In this document: piece after piece, positions 48,473 to 57,529 of the stretch
Layout of the letters: the number at the start of each line of letters is the position of its first letter
Numbering within the stretch: the stretch's first letter is position 1
Assembly (NCBI GenBank): GCA_040902515.1
Contig: JBBDXB010000006.1
Location: 130,219-194,218, forward strand
Direction of reading: 5' to 3'
DNA length: 64,000 nucleotides
From: Patescibacteria group bacterium
GTDB lineage: Bacteria; Patescibacteriota; SICC01
Program-made: the position numbers and the translations under genes
Notes under the pieces: model-generated
Told to the model about the DNA's origin: nothing
The model's database searches: none
What the model saw: the letters and a program-made list of their open reading frames with translations, nothing else

Positions 48473-48985
48473 TCAGCCGGAGAACGCGGCGATCGTCTTG
48501 GCGACTTCATCGTGGATGCCGTCGATGCAGTCGTACTTCTTGACCTCGCCCTCGTTGACCCAGACGAAGTCGGTGAACGCTCCTTCTTCCGGCGTCACTT
48601 CGCCGCCAGCGTAGTCCGCGCCGAACTGAAGCAGCACGACCGGAATGCCATCCGGCCGTACGAAGACCACATCGCCGAGCAGCTTGAAGTTGTTACCGAG
48701 CTCGATCCCGGATTCCTCCTTTGCTTCGCGACGGAGTAAGTTCGCGACCATGCCGGGAAAGTCCGCGACGTCGCCGTTCATCCGCGGCGGGTGCGCCAGG
48801 TCCAGATCGCCGTGCTCGAGCTTGCCACCGGGAACGGCCCACTTGCCGGGATGCACCTTCTCGCGCTCGTCGCGCTTGAGGATCAGGCAGCGACCATCGT
48901 CCGCGCGATACGGGATCACCGTCGCGACGAAGTAGAAAAGCTTATCCGGCTTGGCGGCATCGATGCTGACCTTCGAAGCGGGCAT
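48473..48985 (-). CDS. NUDIX hydrolase
   Basis: WAVPGGKLE...RREAKEESG (Nudix box with insertion). Confidence 0.85.
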   Translation of the reverse strand: MPASKVSIDAAKPDKLFYFVATVIPYRADDGRCLILKRDEREKVHPGKWAVPGGKLEHGDLDLAHPPRMNGDVADFPGMVANLLRREAKEESGIELGNNFKLLGDVVFVRPDGIPVVLLQFGADYAGGEVTPEEGAFTDFVWVNEGEVKKYDCIDGIHDEVAKTIAAFSG

Positions 48986-48997
48986 ACATTTAGCATA

Positions 48998-49041
48998 ACA
49001 AAGAGGGCATTATGTAATGGGTTGAAGGTTACATAATGCCC
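48998..49041 (-). terminator. Intrinsic terminator
   Basis: 13-bp GGGCATTATGTAA/TTACATAATGCCC plus U-rich tail. Confidence 0.8.
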
Positions 49042-49130
49042 GATTCCTGACTCCACCCGTAACGCTTTCGCGCGCCGCTCTCTGTGAGCATGGAGTTCGG
49101 GCTTGCTGACCGGGGAAGCCTACCTTCCAA

Positions 49131-49277
49131 TCAACCGACTACCAACGCGTACATCGCCAGCACCGAGCCAATGATGATGCACCCAATACAGGCGATGGCG
49201 TCCATGCGCGTATCGGCGTTGGGCGCCATCCAAACCCCGATGATGACAATTGCAAACCCTATTCCGAAACCTACCAA
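49131..49277 (-). CDS. 48-aa two-TM microprotein (not in ORF track)
   Basis: TAGAAT -10, SD GGGAGG, TTG start; MVGFGIGFAIVIIGVWMAPNADTRMDAIACIGCIIIGSVLAMYALVVG. Confidence 0.65.
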   Translation of the reverse strand: MVGFGIGFAIVIIGVWMAPNADTRMDAIACIGCIIIGSVLAMYALVVG

Positions 49278-49429
49278 TGGGAACCTCCCTTTTCAGACGC
49301 GGAGTGCTAAAGTGCTACTAATTATTCTAACCGGGGGTCACTTGGAAGTATATGCAATCAGGAGCGGAAGATAGCATTGCAGTTAAGGAAATTTTTCAAA
49401 TGCCCAAGCGTTCTTTAAGTCCCTGACCG

Positions 49430-49924
49430 CTACGCCGGTTGTTCGAAGAACTCGTAGGATTTCCGGTTATATTCTTCGGCATCATAGAGATATGCGCCGT
49501 CGGCATTCCACAACGCGAATATCGTGATACCAGCCTCAAGCGCCAGGCGGCTGCAGACCGTACAGAACGGTTCGCCCGCTTCGGTGAAGTCACCGTTTTC
49601 ATCGATGCGCATGAAGTAGAGAATCGATCCCTCGATGCCCGCCGGTCCTTGCTTGCAGGCGTTCAGAATCGCCCGCCACTCGGCATGCACACAGCAGGTC
49701 CGGCAATAAGCGGGCTTCCGCCCTGCGGGATATTCGCCGTCGCACATCCGGTTCGCTTCTTTCTCGAGCGGCGGACTGTTGTAGCCGGACGCGACGATCC
49801 GCCCGTCCTTCACCACGACCGCGCCGCATCGGGCCTTACGGCAGGTTGCATGCTGCGCGGCTTCCGCCGCCGCATCGAAGAACGGCTTGATCGCGTCGAA
49901 GTCGCTGCCGGAGAGTTTTCGCAT
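49430..49924 (-). CDS. dCMP deaminase-like Zn deaminase
   Basis: GAVVVKD...GYN, HAE, FCTVC; start moved out of the tRNA. Confidence 0.85.
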   Translation of the reverse strand: MRKLSGSDFDAIKPFFDAAAEAAQHATCRKARCGAVVVKDGRIVASGYNSPPLEKEANRMCDGEYPAGRKPAYCRTCCVHAEWRAILNACKQGPAGIEGSILYFMRIDENGDFTEAGEPFCTVCSRLALEAGITIFALWNADGAYLYDAEEYNRKSYEFFEQPA

Positions 49925-49927
49925 ATA

Positions 49928-50001
49928 TGGAGCGGGTAAGGAGAATCGAACTCCTCTTTCGTGCTTGGGAAGCACGCGTAATGCCACTATACGATACCCG
50001 C
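49928..50001 (-). tRNA. tRNA-Gly(CCC)
   Basis: Arm CGTGC-TT CCC AA-GCACG; CCA encoded. Confidence 0.96.
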
Positions 50002-50054
50002 GTAGCACGACGGTCCGTCGCTGCTCCATCCATTATAAGGCGATGGGGTCCCTG

Positions 50055-50128
50055 AGCCGATGGGCGGATTCGAACCGCCGACCTTTCCCTTACGAAGGGA
50101 CTGCTCTGGCCAGCTGAGCTACATCGGC
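50055..50128 (-). tRNA. tRNA-Thr(CGT)
   Basis: Loop TT CGT AA; GCCGATG acceptor. Confidence 0.95.
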
Positions 50129-50285
50129 CTCCTCACGATTATAGCGTCCGGGTGTCGCACCAGAAAACGCTACGGGACTGGACTCAGGGATGTCATCCTA
50201 CAAGAGCGGTGCTTTGCAAGCGTTTTCAGTGCGATACCCGGACGGGAGGCTCGGCGAGATGCCCTGGTCGCGTTATGATGATTGC

Positions 50286-50750
50286 ATGCCGCAAGTGAAC
50301 GTAACCGAACGCAAGGTTTCCCCGAAGCTCGACCAAGGATTGATCACCGGAGTCTACGCCGGCGCCGTCGCCTGGGTGTGGATGCTCCTGATCGGAGCGC
50401 TCGGTGCCGGCTCTGCGGCGGACTTCGGCGTGTATCTCTCCGCGACGGTCCTCGGACCGGATGCCGTGCAAAGCCCCGGCTTCGGTGGGGATTGGCTGAT
50501 CGGCTCGGTGATCCACTTCGTCTACTGGGCGGTCCTCGGCGTGGTCTGGGCGTTGCTCTGGCCGACCATCCGCCGATACGGCACGCTCACCCCGGCGCTC
50601 CTCTTCTCGATCGCCGCGTACGTGGTCGTGGTGCAGATCATCCTCCGCCTGATCGAGCCGGCGACCGTCGAATCGCTCGGGGTGTCGGGCCATCTGATCG
50701 CCTTCATCCTCGGCGGATTCACTTTCGCCTGGCGGTACCGCCGGGCATAA
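50286..50750 (+). CDS. Four-TM membrane protein
   Basis: TATGAT 6 nt before ATG; four hydrophobic helices with two His. Confidence 0.7.
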   Translation: MPQVNVTERKVSPKLDQGLITGVYAGAVAWVWMLLIGALGAGSAADFGVYLSATVLGPDAVQSPGFGGDWLIGSVIHFVYWAVLGVVWALLWPTIRRYGTLTPALLFSIAAYVVVVQIILRLIEPATVESLGVSGHLIAFILGGFTFAWRYRRA

Positions 50751-51489
50751 CGCTGTCGAACCCCGATTCCTGAAGCCGCTTCTGTTCAGCCGATGTGAGC
50801 GGCCGACACTGTCCTTTGCGGAGCCTTCCGAGCACGAGCGGGCCGAACTTCACACGCGTCAGCTTGGTGACCGGGTGCCCCACCGCCTCGCACATCCGGC
50901 GGACCTGACGGTTGCGCCCCTCCTTGATCACGATTTCCAGCCGCGTACCACCTGCCGCCCGTCCGAGCCGCCGGACCACGGCCGGCTGCGTCTTTCCGTC
51001 GCGGAGCCGGACGCCCCGGCTAAGCCGTTCCAATGCCCGATCGGAAACCGCGCCCTCCACCACCGCCCGGTACGTCTTTGGTACGCCATGGCGCGGATGC
51101 ATCAGCCGGTTCGCCAGCTCGCCGTCGTTGGTAAGCAGCATCAGTCCGGACGAATCGGCATCCAGCCGCCCGACCGGGTACACCCGCGCGTCGCGCGGCA
51201 CCAGGTCGATCACGGTCCGCCGGCCTTGCGGGTCCGTCGCAGTGGAGATCACGCCGAGCGGCTTGTGGAGCAGGTAGTAGCGGGGCGGCTGCCGGCGGAC
51301 GGGCGCTCCGTCCAGCGTAACCGTCGCCCGCGGCGGCACCACTACCGCCGGATCAGTCACCACCCGCCCGTCCACCCGGACCTTCCCCGCTTTCACCAGC
51401 TCCACAGCCCGGCGCCGCGACGCGGCACCCGCCGTCGCGATAAACTTCCCGAGCCGCATCACACCGCTGCCGGCACCGGAGCGGCTCAT
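50719..51489 (-). CDS. RsuA/RluB-family pseudouridine synthase
   Basis: S4 domain, PVGRLD, EGRNRQVRRM. Confidence 0.95.
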   Translation of the reverse strand: MSRSGAGSGVMRLGKFIATAGAASRRRAVELVKAGKVRVDGRVVTDPAVVVPPRATVTLDGAPVRRQPPRYYLLHKPLGVISTATDPQGRRTVIDLVPRDARVYPVGRLDADSSGLMLLTNDGELANRLMHPRHGVPKTYRAVVEGAVSDRALERLSRGVRLRDGKTQPAVVRRLGRAAGGTRLEIVIKEGRNRQVRRMCEAVGHPVTKLTRVKFGPLVLGRLRKGQCRPLTSAEQKRLQESGFDSVMPGGTARRK

Positions 51490-52412
51490 TCCAGCACGAG
51501 CGCTAACAGCGCCATCCGTACGTACAGGCCGTTCCGGACCTCGCGGAAGTATGCCGCCCGCGGGTCCGTGTCCATCCGCGCGTCGATCTCGTCCACCCGC
51601 GGGAGCGGGTGCATCACCGCCACGTCACCTTTCGCCTTGGCGAGCGATTCGGGGCTCACCACATAACTGCCTTTCACAAGGTCGTAATCCGCCTGCTTCG
51701 CGAACCGCTCCCGCTGGACCCGGGTCACGTACAGCACGTCGGTGTCCGGCAGCACCGCCGCGAGCGATTCGTGCATCGTTACCGGCACGGAAAGGTCGTC
51801 CCGGACGGATTTCGGCAGGCCGAGCGACTTCGGCGAGACGAGGTTCAGCCGGATGTCGTACTGCGAAAGCAGCCGGGCCAGCGAGTGGACGGTGCGTCCA
51901 TACTTGAGGTCGCCAAGCAGCGTCACGGTCAGACCGTCCGGACCGCCCTTTTCCTCGATGATCGTAAAAAGATCGAGCAGCGCCTGGGTCGGATGCTCGC
52001 CGGTACCGTCGCCAGCGTTGACGATCGGCACGTCCGCGATGTCGGCCGCCCGCTGCGCGGAGCCGCCCTCGGGATGCCGCAGGACGATCACGTCGGCGTA
52101 CTGCTCGAGCGTCTTCACGGTATCCTCCAACGTCTCTCCCTTGGTCACCGAGGACGACTTGATCTCGTTGATCGGGAACACCTTCCCCCCGAGCCGGAGC
52201 ATCGCCGCCGCGAAAGACGCCGAGGTCCGGGTGGACGGTTCGTAGAACAGGTTCATCAGGACCTTCGAGCCCAGGCGGTCGAGCGAGCCGTGTTCCTCCA
52301 CGGCCTCACGCATCCGGCGGGCCTCCTCGAACAGATGCACGCAGAGCTCGGGGGTGAACTGCGAGGCGGTCAGGACATCGGTACCGGAAAGCGGGTTCTT
52401 CGCGGGGTTCAT
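51486..52412 (-). CDS. pyrB: Aspartate carbamoyltransferase
   Basis: FYEPSTRT, HPTQ, GDLKYGRTVHS, HPLPR. Confidence 0.97.
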   Translation of the reverse strand: MNPAKNPLSGTDVLTASQFTPELCVHLFEEARRMREAVEEHGSLDRLGSKVLMNLFYEPSTRTSASFAAAMLRLGGKVFPINEIKSSSVTKGETLEDTVKTLEQYADVIVLRHPEGGSAQRAADIADVPIVNAGDGTGEHPTQALLDLFTIIEEKGGPDGLTVTLLGDLKYGRTVHSLARLLSQYDIRLNLVSPKSLGLPKSVRDDLSVPVTMHESLAAVLPDTDVLYVTRVQRERFAKQADYDLVKGSYVVSPESLAKAKGDVAVMHPLPRVDEIDARMDTDPRAAYFREVRNGLYVRMALLALVLE

Positions 52413-52422
52413 CGCCCGAACC

Positions 52423-53463
52423 TCACGAGACGAGCCGTCCGTCCTCGACGACCGTTTTACCGTGCAGCACTACCGTTCGAGGCTTCCCGCATGCCGTCCA
52501 GCCGTCGAACGGCGACCACTTCGCCTTGGACTGGAACGCAGCCGGATCGATCTCGTACGGCTCGTCCGGATCCAGCTCCACGTACGTGTCGGGTTGCTCG
52601 GGGATCGCGAAGATCTCCCGCGCGGCGTCGTGGAGCAGCCGCGGGACGTCATCCGCGGCGAGTTTGCCATCGCGGACCGCCTTCCAGAGGAGTGGCGCGG
52701 CCGTCTCCAGCCCCGGCACGCCGAACGGCGGCGGGTCGCCCTGCTTTTCCTCAAGGGTGTGCGGCGCATGGTCCGTTTCCACCAAGTCGATAGTCCGGTC
52801 CGCCAGACCCTCCCAGAGCGCGTCCTGATCCCCTTGCTCGGCCAGCGGCGGTTTCATGATTGCCTGCGGCCCGTGGGTTTCTCGCGCCTTCCCGGTCAGG
52901 AAGAGGTGGTGCGGGCAGGCGCCCGCGGTGACCGCCTGTCCTTTCCGCTTGGCCGCCCGGACCAGCTCCACCTCTACAGCCTGGCTGATGTGGCAGACGT
53001 GCAACCGCTTGTCGTAGTAGTGCGCCAGCGAGAGCGCCGCCGCCAGCTGGACTCCCTCGGCATGCACGAGCACCGGTTTCGCCGCCGGCCACGCCTCGAA
53101 GATCCGCCTGAGCACCGCGACGTCCTCGATCAGCATCTCGCCCGTGGTGTGGTTGAGGTAGATCTTCAGTCCGAACACGTGTGGATCCTTTGCCGCCGCC
53201 ACGAAACTCTCCAGATTCCGGCCGTCGGTACCGTAATGGAATCCCAGCCCGCAGGCCGCCTTCTCCTCCGCCAGCCGCTCCTTTTCCTGCAACCGTTCGA
53301 GCGAGACGGTCGGCGTCGGGTTGTTCGGCATGTCGCAAACGAACGTGAACCCCCCGGCCAAGGCCGCCCGGGTGCCGGTCGCGAAGTCTTCTTTCTGGGT
53401 CGCACCCGGATCGCGCAGGTGCACGTGCGGGTCGATGAAGCCGGGGAAGCGCTTGGTCGCCAT
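52423..53463 (-). CDS. pyrC: Dihydroorotase
   Basis: DPHVHLR, DMPN, HIS, TDHAPH; adjacent to pyrB. Confidence 0.93.
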   Translation of the reverse strand: MATKRFPGFIDPHVHLRDPGATQKEDFATGTRAALAGGFTFVCDMPNNPTPTVSLERLQEKERLAEEKAACGLGFHYGTDGRNLESFVAAAKDPHVFGLKIYLNHTTGEMLIEDVAVLRRIFEAWPAAKPVLVHAEGVQLAAALSLAHYYDKRLHVCHISQAVEVELVRAAKRKGQAVTAGACPHHLFLTGKARETHGPQAIMKPPLAEQGDQDALWEGLADRTIDLVETDHAPHTLEEKQGDPPPFGVPGLETAAPLLWKAVRDGKLAADDVPRLLHDAAREIFAIPEQPDTYVELDPDEPYEIDPAAFQSKAKWSPFDGWTACGKPRTVVLHGKTVVEDGRLVS

Positions 53464-53536
53464 TCGGAGCCAGTATACCGCGAGGCATTGTACAAAACAC
53501 CAGTGACCGGTCGCCTGATTACGGTATGGTGGAATC

Positions 53537-54652
53537 GTGCAGAAGTTCACCGGTGCCATTCCTGTTCTCCTGATCGCCGCCGTCATCGCGATCGGCGCGG
53601 TGATACTGACGCGTGATTCCGCTGATCCCGCCACCACGGCTACCGCGACCCCGACGGCCTCCACCACCGAGATCGTCGCCGAAGGATTGGAAGTACCGTG
53701 GGACATCGCCTTTCTTTCGGATTCGCGGGCACTGATCACCGAGCGACCCGGCCGTGTGCGGCTGCTTGAGGATGGCGAACTGCAGGAAGAACCCGTGCTG
53801 ACCGTCGAGACCGCCCAACGGGGCGAAGGCGGCCTCCAGGGCATGACGCTGGATCCTGACTTCGAGGAAAACCGGTTCGTGTACCTCTACGTGAGCGAAG
53901 GTTCGGGTGACGACCTGACCAACCGGGTCGTCCGGTACCGGCTGACGGACGATGACCGGCTGGCCGACCCGCGGGTGCTCCTCGACGACATCCCCGGCAA
54001 CAACAACCACAATGGTGGCCGGCTCCGCTTCGGACCGGACGGCAAGCTCTATGTGACGACCGGCGATGCGCAAAACCCCGATCTGGCGCAAAGCCAAGGC
54101 TCGCTCGCCGGCAAGATCCTCCGGATGAATCCGGACGGCTCCGCACCGGCGGATAACCCGTTCGGGAACCTGGCCTGGTCGTACGGGCATCGCAACCCCC
54201 AAGGCCTGGCTTGGAGCGAAGACGGTCGGCTCTTCTCCACGGAACATGGCCCGAGCGGTGAGTTCGGCCTCTGCTGCCGTGACGAGCTCAACCGGATCGA
54301 GCGCGGCGGCAACTACGGCTGGCCGCTGATCACCGGCAACCAGACCCGCTTCGGGCTCGGTACGCCGATTCTCACCAGCGGTAACGACGACACCTGGGCA
54401 CCCGCTTCGCTCACGTTCTGGAACGGGAAGCTCTACTTCGGCGCGCTACGCGGCGAGCATGTCCACGAGATAACGCTTGAGAACGGCGGGGTGGCCGCTG
54501 ACCGGGAGCTCTTCGCGGACGAGTTCGGCCGGATCCGGACGGCCGCGGTCGGACCGGACGGCGCGCTCTACCTGTTCACCTCGAACCGTGACGGCCGCGG
54601 CGAGGTGCAGTCCGGAGACGACAAGCTGATCCGGGTGAACCGGCTGCCGTAA
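53537..54652 (+). CDS. PQQ-dependent soluble sugar dehydrogenase (YliI/sGDH family)
   Basis: GEGGL, HNGGRLRFGPDG, GHRNPQG, GGNYGWP. Confidence 0.92.
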   Translation: MQKFTGAIPVLLIAAVIAIGAVILTRDSADPATTATATPTASTTEIVAEGLEVPWDIAFLSDSRALITERPGRVRLLEDGELQEEPVLTVETAQRGEGGLQGMTLDPDFEENRFVYLYVSEGSGDDLTNRVVRYRLTDDDRLADPRVLLDDIPGNNNHNGGRLRFGPDGKLYVTTGDAQNPDLAQSQGSLAGKILRMNPDGSAPADNPFGNLAWSYGHRNPQGLAWSEDGRLFSTEHGPSGEFGLCCRDELNRIERGGNYGWPLITGNQTRFGLGTPILTSGNDDTWAPASLTFWNGKLYFGALRGEHVHEITLENGGVAADRELFADEFGRIRTAAVGPDGALYLFTSNRDGRGEVQSGDDKLIRVNRLP

Positions 54653-54662
54653 ACCGGGCGGC

Positions 54663-55700
54663 TTAGAACAGCTGGTTGTCGCCGGCGAAGATCTCGGAGA
54701 CCGACCCGTCTGTGCAGATCGAGCGGATCGAGTTGGTCAGGATGTCCGAGACCGTCAGGCGGTGGATGAAGTCGGGCGTGTTCAGACGGGCCGGGATCGT
54801 ATCCGTGACGATTACCTGTGAAAGCGGCGACTTCCGGAGGTTCTCGTAGGCGTTGCCCGAGAACACGCCGTGGGTCGCCAAGGCGAACACCTCGACCGCC
54901 CCTTCGTCGATTGCCATCTGCGCCCCGGCCGCCAGCGTGCCGCCGGTATCGATCATGTCGTCGACGATCACCACGGACTTGCCGCGGACGTCACCGATCA
55001 CGTGGCCCATTTTCACCTTCTGTTGCTCGGGCCGGTTCTTCTCGAGCAACGCGTACGACACGCCGAGCTTCTGAGCATACCGCCGGGCAAGCTTGGCCCG
55101 GCCGGCATCGGGCGCCATGATCGCGATCTCCGCCTTCGGCTTGAATTGGTCGGAGAGGTACTGCGCCAGCGCGGGCATCGCCGTCATGTGGTCCACCGGC
55201 TTGGTGAAGAACCCCTGCACCTGGCCGGAGTGGAGGTCCATCGTGACCACGCGGTCCACCCCGGCGGTCTCGAGCATCCGCGCGACGAGCCGCGCGGTGA
55301 TCGGTTCCCGCGGCGCGGACTTCTTGTCCTGGCGGGCATAGCCGTACCATGGCGTGACGGCGATCACTCGCCGCGCCGACGCGCCCTTGGCCGCCTCGAC
55401 CATCACCATCAATTCCATCAGGGCGTCGTTGACCGTCAGCTTCTCTTCTTCGTTGTCGCAGATGGACTGCACGACGAAAAGGTCCGCTCCGCGGATCGAG
55501 GTGGTGTACCGGCAGTAGACCTCCCCGTCAGAGAAGGTCTTGAGACCCGGGTCGATCAGGGTGACCCCGAGCTTATTCGCGATCGTCACCCCGAGGTCAC
55601 GGCTCGCTCGCCCGGCCGTCACCATCAGCTGCTTCGAGCCGTCGTCGATGGTGAGCGCTGCCGGCAGGGTCTGCGCGGCGATGGTGCGTGCGGTAGCCAT
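54663..55700 (-). CDS. prs: Ribose-phosphate pyrophosphokinase
   Basis: FSDGE, YARQD, DLHSGQ, DDMIDTGGT. Confidence 0.97.
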   Translation of the reverse strand: MATARTIAAQTLPAALTIDDGSKQLMVTAGRASRDLGVTIANKLGVTLIDPGLKTFSDGEVYCRYTTSIRGADLFVVQSICDNEEEKLTVNDALMELMVMVEAAKGASARRVIAVTPWYGYARQDKKSAPREPITARLVARMLETAGVDRVVTMDLHSGQVQGFFTKPVDHMTAMPALAQYLSDQFKPKAEIAIMAPDAGRAKLARRYAQKLGVSYALLEKNRPEQQKVKMGHVIGDVRGKSVVIVDDMIDTGGTLAAGAQMAIDEGAVEVFALATHGVFSGNAYENLRKSPLSQVIVTDTIPARLNTPDFIHRLTVSDILTNSIRSICTDGSVSEIFAGDNQLF

Positions 55701-55780
55701 TCGCGCTCATCATAGCAAAGCATCGGGCTATAAGAAGAAACCCTCTGAATCTGGAATGATCCAAAGGGTGCCTTCCGGCT

Positions 55781-56368
55781 TCAGTGGGTGGCTGACCAAC
55801 CAAAGCGCTCACAGGTGTGGCGGTAGACGCGTGGTGCCGGACCGGCTCCTGTCTGTAGCCAATCGAGGACCTTGTGAATCAGGAACGGCTTGGCCTTGAG
55901 CAGGCGGCCTATCACGAATGCCAGCACGATGGCGATCGCCACGTTCCGTACTCCAAGCACGTGCAGGAATGGTGCCATGACGGCTCCGTAGATGACATAC
56001 GAAGCGGTGCCACCGATGGTAGTCAGGATGACCTGGGTTACCGCCCGGAATTGCCAGATCGCCATTACGGCGAGGGCAAGCAAGGGTCCGGCCGGGAGCA
56101 CGCAGATCGGAATCACGACGACGACCCGCCAGCCAGGCCGTACGGCCTGTGTCATCCAGCGCCCCCAACGGGATTGTTGGAGTTTATGCAACTTCCTGGC
56201 GATCCAGGGTATGTGGCTCAGTCCGACCAACAGGCAGGCAATCGTGAAGAAGAACGCGGCGGTAAGCGCGAGGGTGTGCCAGTACGGCATCCCGGTCGCC
56301 TCCGCTACGACAACTGCATTTTGCCGACCGATCAGCAAGGCAATGAGGAACGGCACGACCGAATCCAT
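55781..56368 (-). CDS. Multi-TM hypothetical protein
   Basis: Hydrophobic; own TACAAT promoter and terminator-like hairpin at 55740-55769. Confidence 0.65.
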   Translation of the reverse strand: MDSVVPFLIALLIGRQNAVVVAEATGMPYWHTLALTAAFFFTIACLLVGLSHIPWIARKLHKLQQSRWGRWMTQAVRPGWRVVVVIPICVLPAGPLLALAVMAIWQFRAVTQVILTTIGGTASYVIYGAVMAPFLHVLGVRNVAIAIVLAFVIGRLLKAKPFLIHKVLDWLQTGAGPAPRVYRHTCERFGWSATH

Positions 56369-56515
56369 CCGGCCACCCCCTTTCTGGTTGTTTGAGGTGC
56401 GTTTGTCCTACGTCGTGATTCATTGTACCCCGACAATGGCCGTCTGCGTGCCCGCAAAGTACTATCCTTGACCTGAAGGGGCAATTGAAACGAAACGAAG
56501 GGCGGGCTACATAAG

Positions 56516-56558
56516 AAAAAGCCCTCATGATCATGTGTTGTAAATTGATCATGGGGGC
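56516..56558 (-). terminator. Intrinsic terminator
   Basis: GCCCCCATGATCA/TGATCATGAGGGC plus U5. Confidence 0.75.
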
Positions 56559-56629
56559 GAGTAGCGACACTCGGTCTGCAAGGTGTGTCGCCAGTGGTAA
56601 TACGTGCCGTGCCACGTCTGTTGTCGGAT

Positions 56630-56917
56630 TCAGCCCAGCCACCATCGAAACTGCTCCTGCCAGTCACGCCAACCGCGCCGTGTGGTAAACCTCGGCTGAC
56701 CGAGGGTGTTCGTCACGGTGCGGTGCAGGTGGTTGTCCCCACGGGTGATGATGATGTCGGTGGACTCTCCCGGTCCCAGCAGCACTCCCTCCTGGCGTTG
56801 CTGCGGGGTAAGTACCTTTTGGGAACCGATGATGTCATAGAAATACATCCGACGGTCGAACAGCTGATGGACTACGAAATGCTCATCCGGCACCCGGGTC
56901 CGGTCCGGTGTCACCAT
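56630..56917 (-). CDS. Hypothetical protein
   Basis: Start 1 nt after the upstream stop. Confidence 0.5.
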   Translation of the reverse strand: MVTPDRTRVPDEHFVVHQLFDRRMYFYDIIGSQKVLTPQQRQEGVLLGPGESTDIIITRGDNHLHRTVTNTLGQPRFTTRRGWRDWQEQFRWWLG

Positions 56918-56918
56918 C

Positions 56919-57215
56919 TCAGTGCCTCCGTGCCCGCGGGCGCGGACGCGTCACGAGCAGGAAGATCGCCAGGCATACCACGCCAACCATCAGCGCCAAG
57001 CTGATCGGGACCCGCCAGAGATCGGCTAGGCCGGGTAGCAGCATCACTCCTATGCCGGCCGGAAACAGCCAGAACAAGGGACGACTGATCAACCCGAGAA
57101 TGAATCCCGCGGCTGCTATGACCACTCCGACTTGAAACATCGTAGCCGCCGTGTCCTGTGAGAATGCGGCCAGGATGAACAGTGCTACCACGGAAATGCC
57201 GACCCAGCGTGGCAT
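56919..57215 (-). CDS. Small multi-TM membrane protein
   Basis: SD GAGGAG; hydrophobic. Confidence 0.65.
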   Translation of the reverse strand: MPRWVGISVVALFILAAFSQDTAATMFQVGVVIAAAGFILGLISRPLFWLFPAGIGVMLLPGLADLWRVPISLALMVGVVCLAIFLLVTRPRPRARRH

Positions 57216-57325
57216 ATTGCTCCTCTCGATAGAAGTTGAATGAGCCGGTCCTGGAGCGGACGACCCATGCTGACGCTGCTTCCGAATCCTCCCCTGGTTG
57301 TTAAGGATGTAGCATCATATCATAC

Positions 57326-57353
57326 AAAAAGTGCCTTCGTGAGGCACTTTTTT
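57326..57353. terminator. Bidirectional intrinsic terminator after tRNA-Asp
   Basis: A5-GTGCCT-tcgtg-AGGCAC-T6. Confidence 0.85.
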
Positions 57354-57354
57354 G

Positions 57355-57429
57355 CGGGGACGACCGGACTCGAACCGGCGACCTCCTGCGTGACAGGCAG
57401 GCGCTCTAACCAGACTGAGCTACGCCCCC
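57355..57429 (-). tRNA. tRNA-Asp(GTC)
   Basis: Arm CCTGC-CT GTC AC-GCAGG. Confidence 0.96.
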
Positions 57430-57529
57430 GAGAAACACTAAAGTGGCAAAGGTGCTCCGGCACACATACGTCCCGGCTACGGACGTACCGTACCAGTATA
57501 TCGGGATTTCCACCCGCAAGGCGAGATGC

